Assembly: GCA_045648145.1 (NCBI GenBank)
Contig: JAZRNK010000026.1
Span: 9,625 to 73,624, forward strand
Length of the DNA stretch: 64,000 nucleotides
Origin: Acutalibacteraceae bacterium
GTDB lineage: Bacteria; Bacillota; Clostridia; Oscillospirales; Acutalibacteraceae
Reading direction: 5' to 3'
The notes under the pieces were generated by a model. The model did no database searches, was not told the DNA's origin, and saw nothing but the letters and a program-made list of their open reading frames with translations. Below, one piece after another: positions 46,777 to 56,091 of this stretch. The position numbers were made by a program, and so were the translations under genes. The number at the start of each line of letters is the position of its first letter. The first letter of the stretch is position 1.

Positions 46777-46897
46777 ATTTCGTGTTGTGTGATGTGAATT
46801 TTTACGGTCACATTAACGAAAGACATATCGAATCGGGGCGCCTCGTTCGGTAAAATTTTAATATTACGTTATACTCCTTCGGGAGTTTAACATATAC

Positions 46898-46986
46898 GGA
46901 GACGTATCGAAGTGGTCATAACGGGGCTGACTCGAAATCAGTTAGGGAGCAATCCCCCGCGAGTTCGAATCTCGCCGTCTCCGCCA
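46898..46986 (+). tRNA. tRNA-Ser (anticodon CGA), class II, CCA encoded
   Basis: GGAGACG...CGTCTCC acceptor stem, anticodon loop CT-CGA-AA, long variable arm and T-loop GTTCGAATC. Confidence 0.9.
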
Positions 46987-47025
46987 AATAAACGGAAATC
47001 ATGACGTAAGGTATGGTTTCCGTTT
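46966..47025 (+). repeat. direct repeat copy 1: tRNA-Ser 3' end plus its terminator hairpin
   Basis: CGAATCTCGCCGTCTCCGCCAAATAAACGGAAATCATGACGTAAGGTATGGTTTCCGTTT. Confidence 0.9.
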
Positions 47026-47136
47026 ATTCTTTTAGTATAGCGAGATTCGAAAAGACCGGTTTGGCGTATGTCAAATTGCGACCTTTCGGTGAACGGTCGC
47101 AAAGGTCGGGTGCGTGCCACAGCGACAGCGAGTGGG

Positions 47137-47196
47137 CGAATCTCGCCGTCTCCGCCAAATAAACGGAAATCGTGTCGTAAGGTATGGTTTCCGTTT
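47137..47196 (+). repeat. direct repeat copy 2 (58/60 identical): orphan tRNA-Ser 3' fragment plus terminator
   Basis: The same 60-mer with 2 substitutions. The T-loop upstream is degenerate and there is no matching 5' acceptor strand, so it is a pseudo-tRNA fragment. Confidence 0.85.
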
Positions 47197-47250
47197 TTAT
47201 TTAACAGAATTCTACCTAACAAATATTTTTATTAATGTAAAAAGTAATCA

Positions 47251-47284
47251 AAAAAAGCAGTAGGGGTTTCCCCTACTGCTTTTA
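47251..47284. terminator. terminator downstream of the APC permease gene
   Basis: GCAGTAGGGG-ttt-CCCCTACTGC flanked by A/T runs. Confidence 0.85.
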
Positions 47285-47292
47285 ATATTTAA

Positions 47293-48708
47293 TTATTCTT
47301 CAACTATATCGTCAGGAGTAAGAGTGACAAGCTGATTGCCTTCGGGATTTTTCTTTCTGTAAAGTGCCATACTGATATACAAAAAAGCACCAACAGCACA
47401 GAAAATAACAAACGCAATCCAACCGCCCATATCCATCATCATACAAGAGCCGATAATTACCCAAAGAGAAATCAACATTCCCAATATAAAGAGTAATGTA
47501 CCACAAGGAACCTTATAAGGACGTTTCCACTCAGGATGCTTAACACGCAAAACCAAAGCAGAAAGACAGCACATGAAATAAACTATACCTGCGGCTACGT
47601 TAGACATAGCATATACAAATGATACCCAGCTGTCACCGCTTCCTGCAGTAAAGATACAGAAAAATACAGTAAAGAGGAAAACGATTGTATTGGCTAATAC
47701 AGGCTGTCCGTGTTTGTTAACCTTTGCAAAAGCACGAGGCAACTGATTCATTTCGGCAGCACCGTAAAGGACACGGGCAGATGAGGTCCAGAAGCCCATC
47801 AATGTTGTAAAAGCGTGGAGAACACCAGAAATAACGGCTATGTAGCCAAAAATAGGCATCATTTTATACATTGCAATAAGTTCAGGCTCGGGCATACTCA
47901 TTTTAGCAATTACGTCATACGGAGCCATACCACCGATTGCAAGAACTACAACTAAATACAATGCAGCAGGAACTATCAAAGCAGAAAGAATAACCTTCCA
48001 CATTTTTGAACGTGGGAAATTGGTTTCCTCAATCATAGTGGGAGTCATCTCAAAACCAATGAATTTCAAAGAGAAAGCTGCCATTGCCAAGAAGATACCA
48101 CCAAAGCCTGCGGGGAATAATCCGCCTTTAAGTCCTTCTTTAGCACCGTCTTCTGAAACGGCAGTAAGATTTGCTATATCCCAATGACCACTCAAGAATA
48201 AAGCGGCAGAAACAAGCAATGACATAACAATCATCGCAAAAAAGAATATGTTAGCAAGCTTGCCGAGAATATCAATGTTAAAGTTAGAAATAATGTACCA
48301 AATAAGAGCAGTACCGATAGCAACCAAAGCCTTAGCAACAGGCGGAATTACTAAATTCGGGAAGAAATGACCAGCTGCTGTAATGAAAATAAAAGCCATC
48401 ATAGCAGGTTCAACAACCTGTACTAAAAACATCATCCATTGAGTAACAAATCCTACCTTATGGTTAAAAGCATTGGTAGTCCATACGTCAACAGAACCTG
48501 CAAAAGGAAGCATACCGGTCAGCTCTGCAAAGGTTAAACCAACAGGAATTAAAAACAATGCTAAAATCGGGAAAATAAATGCTGCACCAGCACCGGTCAA
48601 ACCAAACCAGGTCGGAGCTTCTGCTAACCAGCCGCCTATAACGGCACCTGAAGCAATAGCAATCATTGAAATAAAACTAAGATTTCTTTTTAATTTATTT
48701 TGTGACAT
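47293..48708 (-). CDS. APC-superfamily amino acid permease
   Basis: 471 aa with about 12 TM segments and APC-like N-terminal blocks (ISMIAIASGAVIGGW). Confidence 0.8.
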   Translation of the reverse strand: MSQNKLKRNLSFISMIAIASGAVIGGWLAEAPTWFGLTGAGAAFIFPILALFLIPVGLTFAELTGMLPFAGSVDVWTTNAFNHKVGFVTQWMMFLVQVVEPAMMAFIFITAAGHFFPNLVIPPVAKALVAIGTALIWYIISNFNIDILGKLANIFFFAMIVMSLLVSAALFLSGHWDIANLTAVSEDGAKEGLKGGLFPAGFGGIFLAMAAFSLKFIGFEMTPTMIEETNFPRSKMWKVILSALIVPAALYLVVVLAIGGMAPYDVIAKMSMPEPELIAMYKMMPIFGYIAVISGVLHAFTTLMGFWTSSARVLYGAAEMNQLPRAFAKVNKHGQPVLANTIVFLFTVFFCIFTAGSGDSWVSFVYAMSNVAAGIVYFMCCLSALVLRVKHPEWKRPYKVPCGTLLFILGMLISLWVIIGSCMMMDMGGWIAFVIFCAVGAFLYISMALYRKKNPEGNQLVTLTPDDIVEE

Positions 48709-48725
48709 ACCATTTTTCCTCTCTG

Positions 48726-49415
48726 TTATTTAATTGCATTAAGCAATTCTTCGGTATTAATAACGTGACAATAAATATTGTTAAGAATTTCAAGCTCGTT
48801 GTCTTGAATTTTTTGTGTAGATGCCATACAAGCATCTTCAATAAGCCAAACCTTAAAGCTCTCGTCAGCAAGGCTTCTTACAGTGCCTGAAACACACTGG
48901 TCAGTAAGAACACCGGTGCATACAACGGTATCAATACCCATATTTTGAAACCAAAGACGAAGCGGAGTACCTGCAAGAGCACTGTCCGTAGTTTTCGTAA
49001 CTACAATTTCATCATCAAGCGGTGCAAGTTCGGGCACTATTTCGGCAGACGGAGTACCGGGTGGAAGCAAAAGCTCATTATAACCGGTTGCTTTCTGGTC
49101 GAGTGAACGGTCAGCACCGTTTTTCTTTTGACATTGAATTTTAGCAAAGGCTACCTCTATACCCTTCTCACGAAAGGCTTTAAGTATCTTTTGGTTGTTG
49201 GGCACTACAACATCATCAATTTTTTTGTAGAAAGGCTCCCAACGTTCGATTTCTTTCTTCTCTGCTTCTGTAGGATTAACATAACTGGGACGTGTAATAA
49301 ACACGTGCTGCATATCAATTACCAACAGAGCAGTTTTTTTGGGGTCAATAATAATTTCACCCATGTCCATATCATTCTCATAATAGAATGATACGTGGCG
49401 GTCATTAACGCGCAT
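48726..49415 (-). CDS. isochorismatase-family cysteine hydrolase
   Basis: Contains TALLVIDMQ and VVCTGVLTDQCV (catalytic Cys). AGGAGG SD 6 nt before the ATG. Confidence 0.8.
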   Translation of the reverse strand: MRVNDRHVSFYYENDMDMGEIIIDPKKTALLVIDMQHVFITRPSYVNPTEAEKKEIERWEPFYKKIDDVVVPNNQKILKAFREKGIEVAFAKIQCQKKNGADRSLDQKATGYNELLLPPGTPSAEIVPELAPLDDEIVVTKTTDSALAGTPLRLWFQNMGIDTVVCTGVLTDQCVSGTVRSLADESFKVWLIEDACMASTQKIQDNELEILNNIYCHVINTEELLNAIK

Positions 49416-49441
49416 AACTATCCTCCTAAAATTTTTTTGTC

Positions 49442-49560
49442 AAAAATAAAAGAGTCGGTTAAAAAGCCGACTCTCAAAAGCAACAAAAAAATAATCCTTT
49501 GTCCTTTTGCCTGAGAGAGTTTAGCCCCTTCGGCACTCAATTCAATGAGATTCTCCAAAG
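49442..49560 (-). promoter_or_regulatory. glycine riboswitch (single aptamer) with intrinsic terminator
   Basis: The minus strand reads CTTTGGAGAA...GTGCCGAAGGGGCTAAACTCTCTCAGGCAAAAGGACAAAG (P1 CTTTG/CAAAG). It is followed by GAGAGTCGG-ctttttaa-CCGACTCTT and a T-run. Confidence 0.7.
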
Positions 49561-49579
49561 TTTATCAATTGACATTGCT

Positions 49580-49608
49580 ATTATATTATAATTTGCAACA
49601 AATTACAA
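49580..49608 (-). promoter_or_regulatory. promoter TTGTAA-17-TATAAT for the riboswitch-controlled operon
   Basis: The hexamers were read on the minus strand, with a 17-nt spacer. Confidence 0.55.
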
Positions 49609-49683
49609 GTACTTTGTGAAAAAATTAGCAAAAAACTCGTAAAAAAACACCAAGTTATGCTAAAACTTGGTGTTTTTACGCAA

Positions 49684-51930
49684 TTATTCAGTAAAAATTG
49701 TAGCAGTTAAAGGTAAATTAGGATTAGAGCCAACGAAAATATCAACCTGACCTTTTTCAACCACATACTGTTCGTCTACGTTGTAAACCTTAAGCTCATT
49801 AAAGCCAAGGTTGAAAGTAACAGTTTTAGTTTCGTGCGGTGCGATAAGCACTTTTCTAAAGCCTTTAAGCTCCATACAACGACGGCGGACACTGTTACCG
49901 CTACCATGAATATAAAGCTGAACAACCTCTTTGCCTGCTATATCCGATGTGTTTTCAACGGTTACTTTAACTTCGAAATTATTTTTCTCTATTTTAGTCA
50001 CTTCAATATTTTTATATTCAAAAGTAGAATATGACAAACCGTAGCCAAACGGATATAAAACACGTTCTAAATCGTCTTGATAAGTGCCGTTATACGCGCC
50101 GGGTTTTGCATTTTTAATATTACGGGCATATCTGTTATAATAACAAGGTAAACTTGTATCTTTATACGGAAACGACACCGAAAGTTTACCCGACGGATTA
50201 ACCTTACCGGTGATAACGTCAAACACCGCATCAGCACCTCTAAGACCGGGATAAAAGCAGGTTAATACCGCGTCACATATACTGTCAATTTCAGTCAACT
50301 CGTAGGGTCTTCCGCCGACCAATAATGCAATTACAGGTTTACCGGTTTCTTTGAGCATTTTAATAAACTCAACCTGATTACCGGGCAGCTTAATACTTGA
50401 AACGTCTCTTCCCTCTCCACAGTCACTAAAATTACGCATGGAAAGTGCGGCACCGGTATTTTTGTCAAACTCAACACCCGCAATGGCACTCGCAGAAGTA
50501 CCACCAACAGTAACTACAGCCACATCACTGTTTAAAAGAGTTTCTTTTGCTTTCTCAAAGCCGTCAGTACGACGGTTGAACTCCCAACCGTTTGCAAACT
50601 GAACGCTCTCAAATCCATTTTCAAATACGTTTTTCAACGTCTTACATTCTTCGGTTTTTTGTAAAGCAGTATAATCGCCCAACAAATGATAAATGTTATC
50701 AGCATGGCAACCAAAGAGCGCGACCTTTGATTTAGCTTTTAACGGCAAAATACCATTATTTTTAAGTAAAACTATTGATTCGGTAGCGGCCTCATATGAC
50801 AGCTTTGCCTGTTCGCCACTCTTTAAATATGCGGCAATTTCGCCATTATCCTCAACATAAGGATTATCAAATAAACCTAACTGGTATTTCTTTTCTAAAA
50901 TTCTTAAAACCGCTTCGTCAATAAAAGATATGTCAACCTTACCCTTTTCGCAAGCCTCAATTAAGTTAAGGTAGGTGCCGTTATCGGCAAGACTTAAATC
51001 AACACCTGCTTTCAAGATGGTGGTAACACCATCAAGCACTTCAAGTCCCAAATTATCGATAGCACGAGGAACACCCCAACCGTCTGATAACACAATACCG
51101 TCGAAGCCCAGTTCATCCCTCAAAACATCACGCAAGAGATACTTATTTGCGTGAGCAGGTATGCCGTCAACGGTGTTATATGCCGCCATAAAGACGTCAG
51201 CTCCTGCATCAACGGCAGCTTTTGCGCCTGTTAAATGAATATCGTGAAGCTCACGCTTACCAACATTAACCTCGGCAGTGTTTAAACCGCCAAAACCGTC
51301 GCCTGTTGCACAAAAATGCTTACAGCAAACAAGCGCATTATACTTTTTAAAGCCTTTGACACCGCTTTTGGTATATTCAGCGCAAAGATACGGGTCTTCA
51401 GAAAAAAACTCCTCAGTCCTTCCCCATCTTGGGTCTCTTGCCATATCAAGCATTGTCACGAAAGCCATTTGGTTTGCCGATAGCTGAGTTTCTTTGCCGA
51501 CCGTTTCCAAAACCTTGCCATAAAGTTCACTATTGAACATACAGCCCATGCCAAGATTGGTAGGAAACATTTCACTTCCCAATGCTTGTAAACCGTGGTT
51601 AGCTTCAACCTCTATCAAGGTTGGAATTGCAAGTCTTGAGTTGTCCAATATATATTTTTGCATCTGATTTGCAACTTTTACTCTGTGCTGAGGCTCGATA
51701 CCCACGCCCCAACCCTTTTTAGTAAATTCATCAGCGCGTAAAATATTACTGATAGCGCCCATCGGACCGTAATTGACAATAAAGTTTTTGAAATCATTAT
51801 TGAATTCAAAATCATCACCGTTACGCGTAAAGCAACGGTAGCCCGCTACAGTTTGAGACAACTGTGCAACCTTTTCTTTTAAGGTCATTTTGTTCAGTAA
51901 TTCTTTAGCAAAAACAGTATACTTACTCAC
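49684..51930 (-). CDS. glycoside hydrolase family 3 (beta-glucosidase/BglX-like)
   Basis: 748 aa with GH3 blocks (RDPRWGR..E.F.EDP, KHF...G, VLSDW-like GIVLSDGWG) and a C-terminal FnIII-like domain. Confidence 0.85.
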   Translation of the reverse strand: MSKYTVFAKELLNKMTLKEKVAQLSQTVAGYRCFTRNGDDFEFNNDFKNFIVNYGPMGAISNILRADEFTKKGWGVGIEPQHRVKVANQMQKYILDNSRLAIPTLIEVEANHGLQALGSEMFPTNLGMGCMFNSELYGKVLETVGKETQLSANQMAFVTMLDMARDPRWGRTEEFFSEDPYLCAEYTKSGVKGFKKYNALVCCKHFCATGDGFGGLNTAEVNVGKRELHDIHLTGAKAAVDAGADVFMAAYNTVDGIPAHANKYLLRDVLRDELGFDGIVLSDGWGVPRAIDNLGLEVLDGVTTILKAGVDLSLADNGTYLNLIEACEKGKVDISFIDEAVLRILEKKYQLGLFDNPYVEDNGEIAAYLKSGEQAKLSYEAATESIVLLKNNGILPLKAKSKVALFGCHADNIYHLLGDYTALQKTEECKTLKNVFENGFESVQFANGWEFNRRTDGFEKAKETLLNSDVAVVTVGGTSASAIAGVEFDKNTGAALSMRNFSDCGEGRDVSSIKLPGNQVEFIKMLKETGKPVIALLVGGRPYELTEIDSICDAVLTCFYPGLRGADAVFDVITGKVNPSGKLSVSFPYKDTSLPCYYNRYARNIKNAKPGAYNGTYQDDLERVLYPFGYGLSYSTFEYKNIEVTKIEKNNFEVKVTVENTSDIAGKEVVQLYIHGSGNSVRRRCMELKGFRKVLIAPHETKTVTFNLGFNELKVYNVDEQYVVEKGQVDIFVGSNPNLPLTATIFTE

Positions 51931-51950
51931 AACGCAAAACCTCCTAAAAA

Positions 51951-52700
51951 TTATTCGTAATCAACAACATCAACCCAAGAAAGCAAGAATTCTCTTTCTT
52001 CGGGTTTACCCTTTACCGATTGCGAAGCTGCAACAATAGGCAACCACTTTTGAACATACTGCTTTGCAGTATCACTCTTTTTACAGAATATATCAAGGTA
52101 CTTATTTGCAATATCTTTATCTCCTGAAAGGCAGAACAAAAGATAAGTTCTTGCAACGTCAGCCGAAGCATTACCCTGGGTAACGTGAGCCCAATCGATA
52201 ATAAACGGCGTTCCGTCATCTCTGATAATAATATTGGAAGGGTTAAAGTCACCATGACAAACCTTGTTGTGCTTGGGCATACCCTCAAGGCGCGTATGAA
52301 GCTCATAGCGTGTTGTTGCATCTAAATCCGCAGAGCTTATTTTTCTGTTCATTTTATCCTTTAAACGATTTAATAACGGAGCTTTTTTGGAATGAACATC
52401 TAATTGAATATCAACAAAAAGGTTGAGATACTCATCAATTTTTTCAGGATTTTCCTTCATCAGCTGCTCTAATGTTTTACCGGGAATATAGTCAAAAACA
52501 ATGGCCCACTTACCGTCAATAGTAGTTACTGAATGAATTTTAGGAATGTTTAACCCAATATCCTCAATTCGTGCCTGATTAAGTGCCTCGTTTAAAACGT
52601 CGGCTTTGGAATAATCGCTGTCAAAAACCTTGATTACAAGGTCACCGTCACGATAAATGGTCTTGGAAACTCTGTTGGCTATAATATTATCAAATTTCAT
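51951..52700 (-). CDS. aminoglycoside/choline-kinase-like phosphotransferase (APH family)
   Basis: Contains the Brenner motif CHGDFNPSNIII and IDW. ATG 52700 follows GGAGG, which avoids overlap with adhE. Confidence 0.75.
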   Translation of the reverse strand: MKFDNIIANRVSKTIYRDGDLVIKVFDSDYSKADVLNEALNQARIEDIGLNIPKIHSVTTIDGKWAIVFDYIPGKTLEQLMKENPEKIDEYLNLFVDIQLDVHSKKAPLLNRLKDKMNRKISSADLDATTRYELHTRLEGMPKHNKVCHGDFNPSNIIIRDDGTPFIIDWAHVTQGNASADVARTYLLFCLSGDKDIANKYLDIFCKKSDTAKQYVQKWLPIVAASQSVKGKPEEREFLLSWVDVVDYE

Positions 52701-52713
52701 AAAACAACCTCCA

Positions 52714-55320
52714 TTATTTGCCGTAATATGCATTTAAATACATTTGTTTAATTTCGCTCATTAACGGATAACGCGGATTTGCTCCAGTACACTGGTCATC
52801 AAAGGCTTGTTCGGTCATCTCGTCTAATCTTGTAAGGAAATCGTTTTCATCAACGTTATAGTCCTTAATAGTTGCCTTAATACCAACCCTTGCCTTTAAA
52901 TCATTAATAGCTTTAATTAAATTCTCTAATTTTTCCTCGTTTGTTGTACCACCCAAACCAAGATAATCGGCAACCTCTGCATAGCGAGCCAAAGTATGCG
53001 GATGATCATACTGCGAGAAGGTACCCATTTTAGCAGGTGCTTCTGAAGCGTTAAAACGCAAAACTTCTTCAATCATAAGTGCGTTGGCAACACCGTGAGG
53101 CAAGTGATGGAAAGCTCCAAGCTTATGGGCCATTGAATGACATACGCCCAAGAAAGCATTAGCAAATGCCATACCTGCAATAGTAGCGGCGTTGGCCATT
53201 TTCTCACGAGCTTCAATATCAGTTTGGCCGTTTTCGTAAGCACGCGGTAAATACTCAAAAATAATCTTTAACGCCTTTAAAGCTAAACCATCAGTATAGT
53301 CGGTTGCTAACATAGAAGCATAAGCCTCTAATGCGTGAGTAACAGCATCAATACCGGAAGCTGCCGTCAGACCTTTAGGAGCGCTCATATGGAAATCTGT
53401 ATCAATAATAGCCATATCCGGCAACAGCTCGTAATCGGCAAGAGGATATTTCACACCTGTGTTTTCATCGGTAATAACAGCAAAAGGTGTAACCTCTGAG
53501 CCTGTACCTGCAGATGTGGGAATTGCTATAAAATATGCCTTCTCACCCATTTTGGGGAAAGTGTATACGCGCTTTCTTATATCAATAAAGCGCATTGCCA
53601 TATCCATAAAGTCAACCTCGGGGTGCTCATACATTACCCACATAATTTTTGCAGCGTCCATTGCAGAGCCGCCGCCCAAGGCAATAATACAATCAGGCTT
53701 GAATGCCGACATCTGTGCGGCACCCTCTTTTGCGTTGCCTAAGGTCGGATCAGGTTGAACGTTAAAGAAGGTTGTATGCATAATGCCCATTTCATCAAGC
53801 TTATCGGTAATAGGCTTGGTATATCCGTTTTCATAAAGGAAGGTGTCGGTTACTATAAATGCCTTCTTTTTACCCATTACGTTCTTTAATTCATCCAATG
53901 CAACAGGCAAACATCCCTTTTTAATATAGACCTTTTCAGGTGCACGGAACCAAAGCATATTTTCCCTTCTTTCAGCAACAGTTTTAATATTAATCAGATG
54001 CTTTACACCTACGTTTTCGGAAACACTGTTTCCACCCCAAGAGCCGCAGCCTAACGTTAAGGACGGTGCCAACTTAAAGTTATAAAGGTCACCAATACCA
54101 CCGTGTGATGACGGAGTATTAACAAGAATACGGCAGGTTTTCATTCTATCGGCAAACTGATTTATTTTGTCTTTTTCAGTAACAGCATTAAGATATACGG
54201 AAGACGTATGTCCGTAACCGCCATCAGCCACAAGATGCTCAGCCTTTTCAAGTGCTTCATTAAATGAAGCGGCTTTATACATAGCAAGTACGGGTGAAAG
54301 CTTTTCGTGAGCAAACTCCTCACTCAATTCAACGCTTTCAACCTCACCGATAAGCACCTTTGTCGTTTCGGGAACCTCAACGCCCGAAAGTGCAGCAATT
54401 TTATATGCCGATTGACCAACAATTTTAGCATTTAATGCGCCGTTGATAATAATGGTTTTACGAACCTTATCAAGCTCATCACCTTTAAGGAAATAACAAC
54501 CTCTGTCGGCAAACTCTTTTTTTACAACATCGTAAATACTATCAAGAACGATAACCGACTGTTCAGATGCGCAAATCATACCGTTATCGAAGGTTTTTGA
54601 ATGAATAATAGAGTTGACAGCCAACAAAATATCAGCCGAATCGTCAATAATTGCAGGAGTGTTACCGGCACCGACGCCCAAGGCCGGCTTACCACTTGAA
54701 TATGCAGCTTTAACCATACCGGGACCACCGGTTGCAAGGATAATATCGGCTTCCTTCATTATCATATTAGTCATATCAAGACTAGGAACATCAATCCAAT
54801 CAATGATACCTTCGGGAGCACCGGCTTTAACGGCTGCCTCTAAAACCAGCTTAGCCGCAGCTATTGTACTGTTCTTTGCTCTCGGATGAGGAGAAATAAC
54901 GATAGCATTACGTGTTTTAAGCGCTAACAAGCATTTAAAAATAGCGGTTGACGTAGGGTTAGTGGTAGGGATAACCGCGGCGATAACACCTATCGGCTCT
55001 GCAATTTTCTTCATGCCAAATGCAGTATCCTCTTCAACAACACCGCAGGTTTTAGTGTCCTTATAAGCGTTATATATGTATTCCGATGCATAGTGGTTTT
55101 TAATAACCTTATCTTCAACCACACCCATACCTGTTTCTTCAACAGCAAGCTTTGCTAATTCAATTCTTGCTTTGTTTGCAGCAGATGCGGCAGCTAAAAA
55201 GATTTTATCAACCTGAATTTGAGAAAATGTTGCAAACTCTTTCTGCGCAGCTCTAACCTTTGTTAAAGCTTTAGCTAAAGCATCTACATTATCAATAATG
55301 TCATAATTTTTGGTACTCAT
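52714..55320 (-). CDS. adhE: bifunctional acetaldehyde-CoA/alcohol dehydrogenase
   Basis: 868 aa with an N-terminal ALDH domain and a C-terminal iron-ADH domain (GGGSAMDAAK, H..HG). Confidence 0.95.
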   Translation of the reverse strand: MSTKNYDIIDNVDALAKALTKVRAAQKEFATFSQIQVDKIFLAAASAANKARIELAKLAVEETGMGVVEDKVIKNHYASEYIYNAYKDTKTCGVVEEDTAFGMKKIAEPIGVIAAVIPTTNPTSTAIFKCLLALKTRNAIVISPHPRAKNSTIAAAKLVLEAAVKAGAPEGIIDWIDVPSLDMTNMIMKEADIILATGGPGMVKAAYSSGKPALGVGAGNTPAIIDDSADILLAVNSIIHSKTFDNGMICASEQSVIVLDSIYDVVKKEFADRGCYFLKGDELDKVRKTIIINGALNAKIVGQSAYKIAALSGVEVPETTKVLIGEVESVELSEEFAHEKLSPVLAMYKAASFNEALEKAEHLVADGGYGHTSSVYLNAVTEKDKINQFADRMKTCRILVNTPSSHGGIGDLYNFKLAPSLTLGCGSWGGNSVSENVGVKHLINIKTVAERRENMLWFRAPEKVYIKKGCLPVALDELKNVMGKKKAFIVTDTFLYENGYTKPITDKLDEMGIMHTTFFNVQPDPTLGNAKEGAAQMSAFKPDCIIALGGGSAMDAAKIMWVMYEHPEVDFMDMAMRFIDIRKRVYTFPKMGEKAYFIAIPTSAGTGSEVTPFAVITDENTGVKYPLADYELLPDMAIIDTDFHMSAPKGLTAASGIDAVTHALEAYASMLATDYTDGLALKALKIIFEYLPRAYENGQTDIEAREKMANAATIAGMAFANAFLGVCHSMAHKLGAFHHLPHGVANALMIEEVLRFNASEAPAKMGTFSQYDHPHTLARYAEVADYLGLGGTTNEEKLENLIKAINDLKARVGIKATIKDYNVDENDFLTRLDEMTEQAFDDQCTGANPRYPLMSEIKQMYLNAYYGK

Positions 55321-55354
55321 GACCTATCTCCTTTGCTGAAGTTTGTTTGATAAC

Positions 55355-55383
55355 ATTATACTAATTTAAAAACGTTTTGTAAA
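55355..55383 (-). promoter_or_regulatory. adhE promoter TTTACA-17-TATAAT
   Basis: The hexamers were read on the minus strand, about 30 nt upstream of the SD. Confidence 0.5.
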
Positions 55384-55430
55384 GACAAATACAACAAATA
55401 GTTAAAAAATTAACATTCTGACTTATAAAG

Positions 55431-55461
55431 AAAAGTCTGCCACTAAAAGCGACAGACTTTA
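55431..55461 (-). terminator. terminator after rplT
   Basis: AAAGTCTGTCG-ctttta-GTGGCAGACTTT on the minus strand (one mismatch) followed by T-rich sequence. Confidence 0.7.
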
Positions 55462-55472
55462 TGTTTTGAAAA

Positions 55473-55829
55473 TTACTTAAGAGCAGCTTTTGCTTTCTCT
55501 GTAAGTGCTGTAAATGCAGCAGCATCTTCAACTGCAAGCTCTGCAAGCATTTTACGGTTAAGCTCAATACCTGCCTTCTTAAGACCATTCATAAATGTAG
55601 AGTAGTTCATACCGTTCATTTTTGCAGCAGCAGAAATTCTGGTGATCCAAAGACGACGGAAATCTCTCTTCTTAAGTCTACGTCCAATATAAGCGTAGTT
55701 GCCTGACTTCATAACCGCTTCTTTGGCGGTTTTAAAAAGCTTGGACTTTGCGCCAAAATAACCTTTGGCAAGCTTTAATACTTTCTTTCTTCTTTTGCGC
55801 GTCATAGTAGCGCCTTTAATACGTGCCAT
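55473..55829 (-). CDS. rplT: 50S ribosomal protein L20
   Basis: [26 protein letters not shown]; 118 aa. Confidence 0.97.
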   Translation of the reverse strand: MARIKGATMTRKRRKKVLKLAKGYFGAKSKLFKTAKEAVMKSGNYAYIGRRLKKRDFRRLWITRISAAAKMNGMNYSTFMNGLKKAGIELNRKMLAELAVEDAAAFTALTEKAKAALK

Positions 55830-55865
55830 TTCAACAACCTCCGTATAATAATTTAGCGGTTATCC

Positions 55866-56063
55866 TTATTTATAAGGAATCATCTTTTTGATCTTTGCTA
55901 CATTTGTTGCATCAGCAACGGTAGTCTTGCGAAGATTTCTCTTACGCTTTGTGGTTTTCTTGTTAAGAATGTGAGATTTGAATGCGTGTGCGCGCTTTAC
56001 CTTTCCAAGCTTTGTAAGTTTAAAACGCTTTTTAGCACCGCTGTGAGTTTTCATCTTAGGCAT
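55866..56063 (-). CDS. rpmI: 50S ribosomal protein L35
   Basis: [17 protein letters not shown]; 65 aa. Confidence 0.97.
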   Translation of the reverse strand: MPKMKTHSGAKKRFKLTKLGKVKRAHAFKSHILNKKTTKRKRNLRKTTVADATNVAKIKKMIPYK

Positions 56064-56091
56064 GTTTTCTTCCTCCTTAGAAATTTAAAAA

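Noticed and set aside
46938-47222. 94-aa ORF on the - strand with an internal repeat
   Set aside because: It overlaps tRNA-Ser and the duplicated tRNA 3' end and terminator. The amino-acid repeat is simply the DNA repeat read in frame.
55330-55360. Rex (redox repressor) operator upstream of adhE
   Set aside because: TTGTTTGATAACA has partial dyad symmetry, but its length and spacing do not fit the 18-20 bp TTGTGAA-N6-TTCACAA type site. This is not enough evidence to call it.
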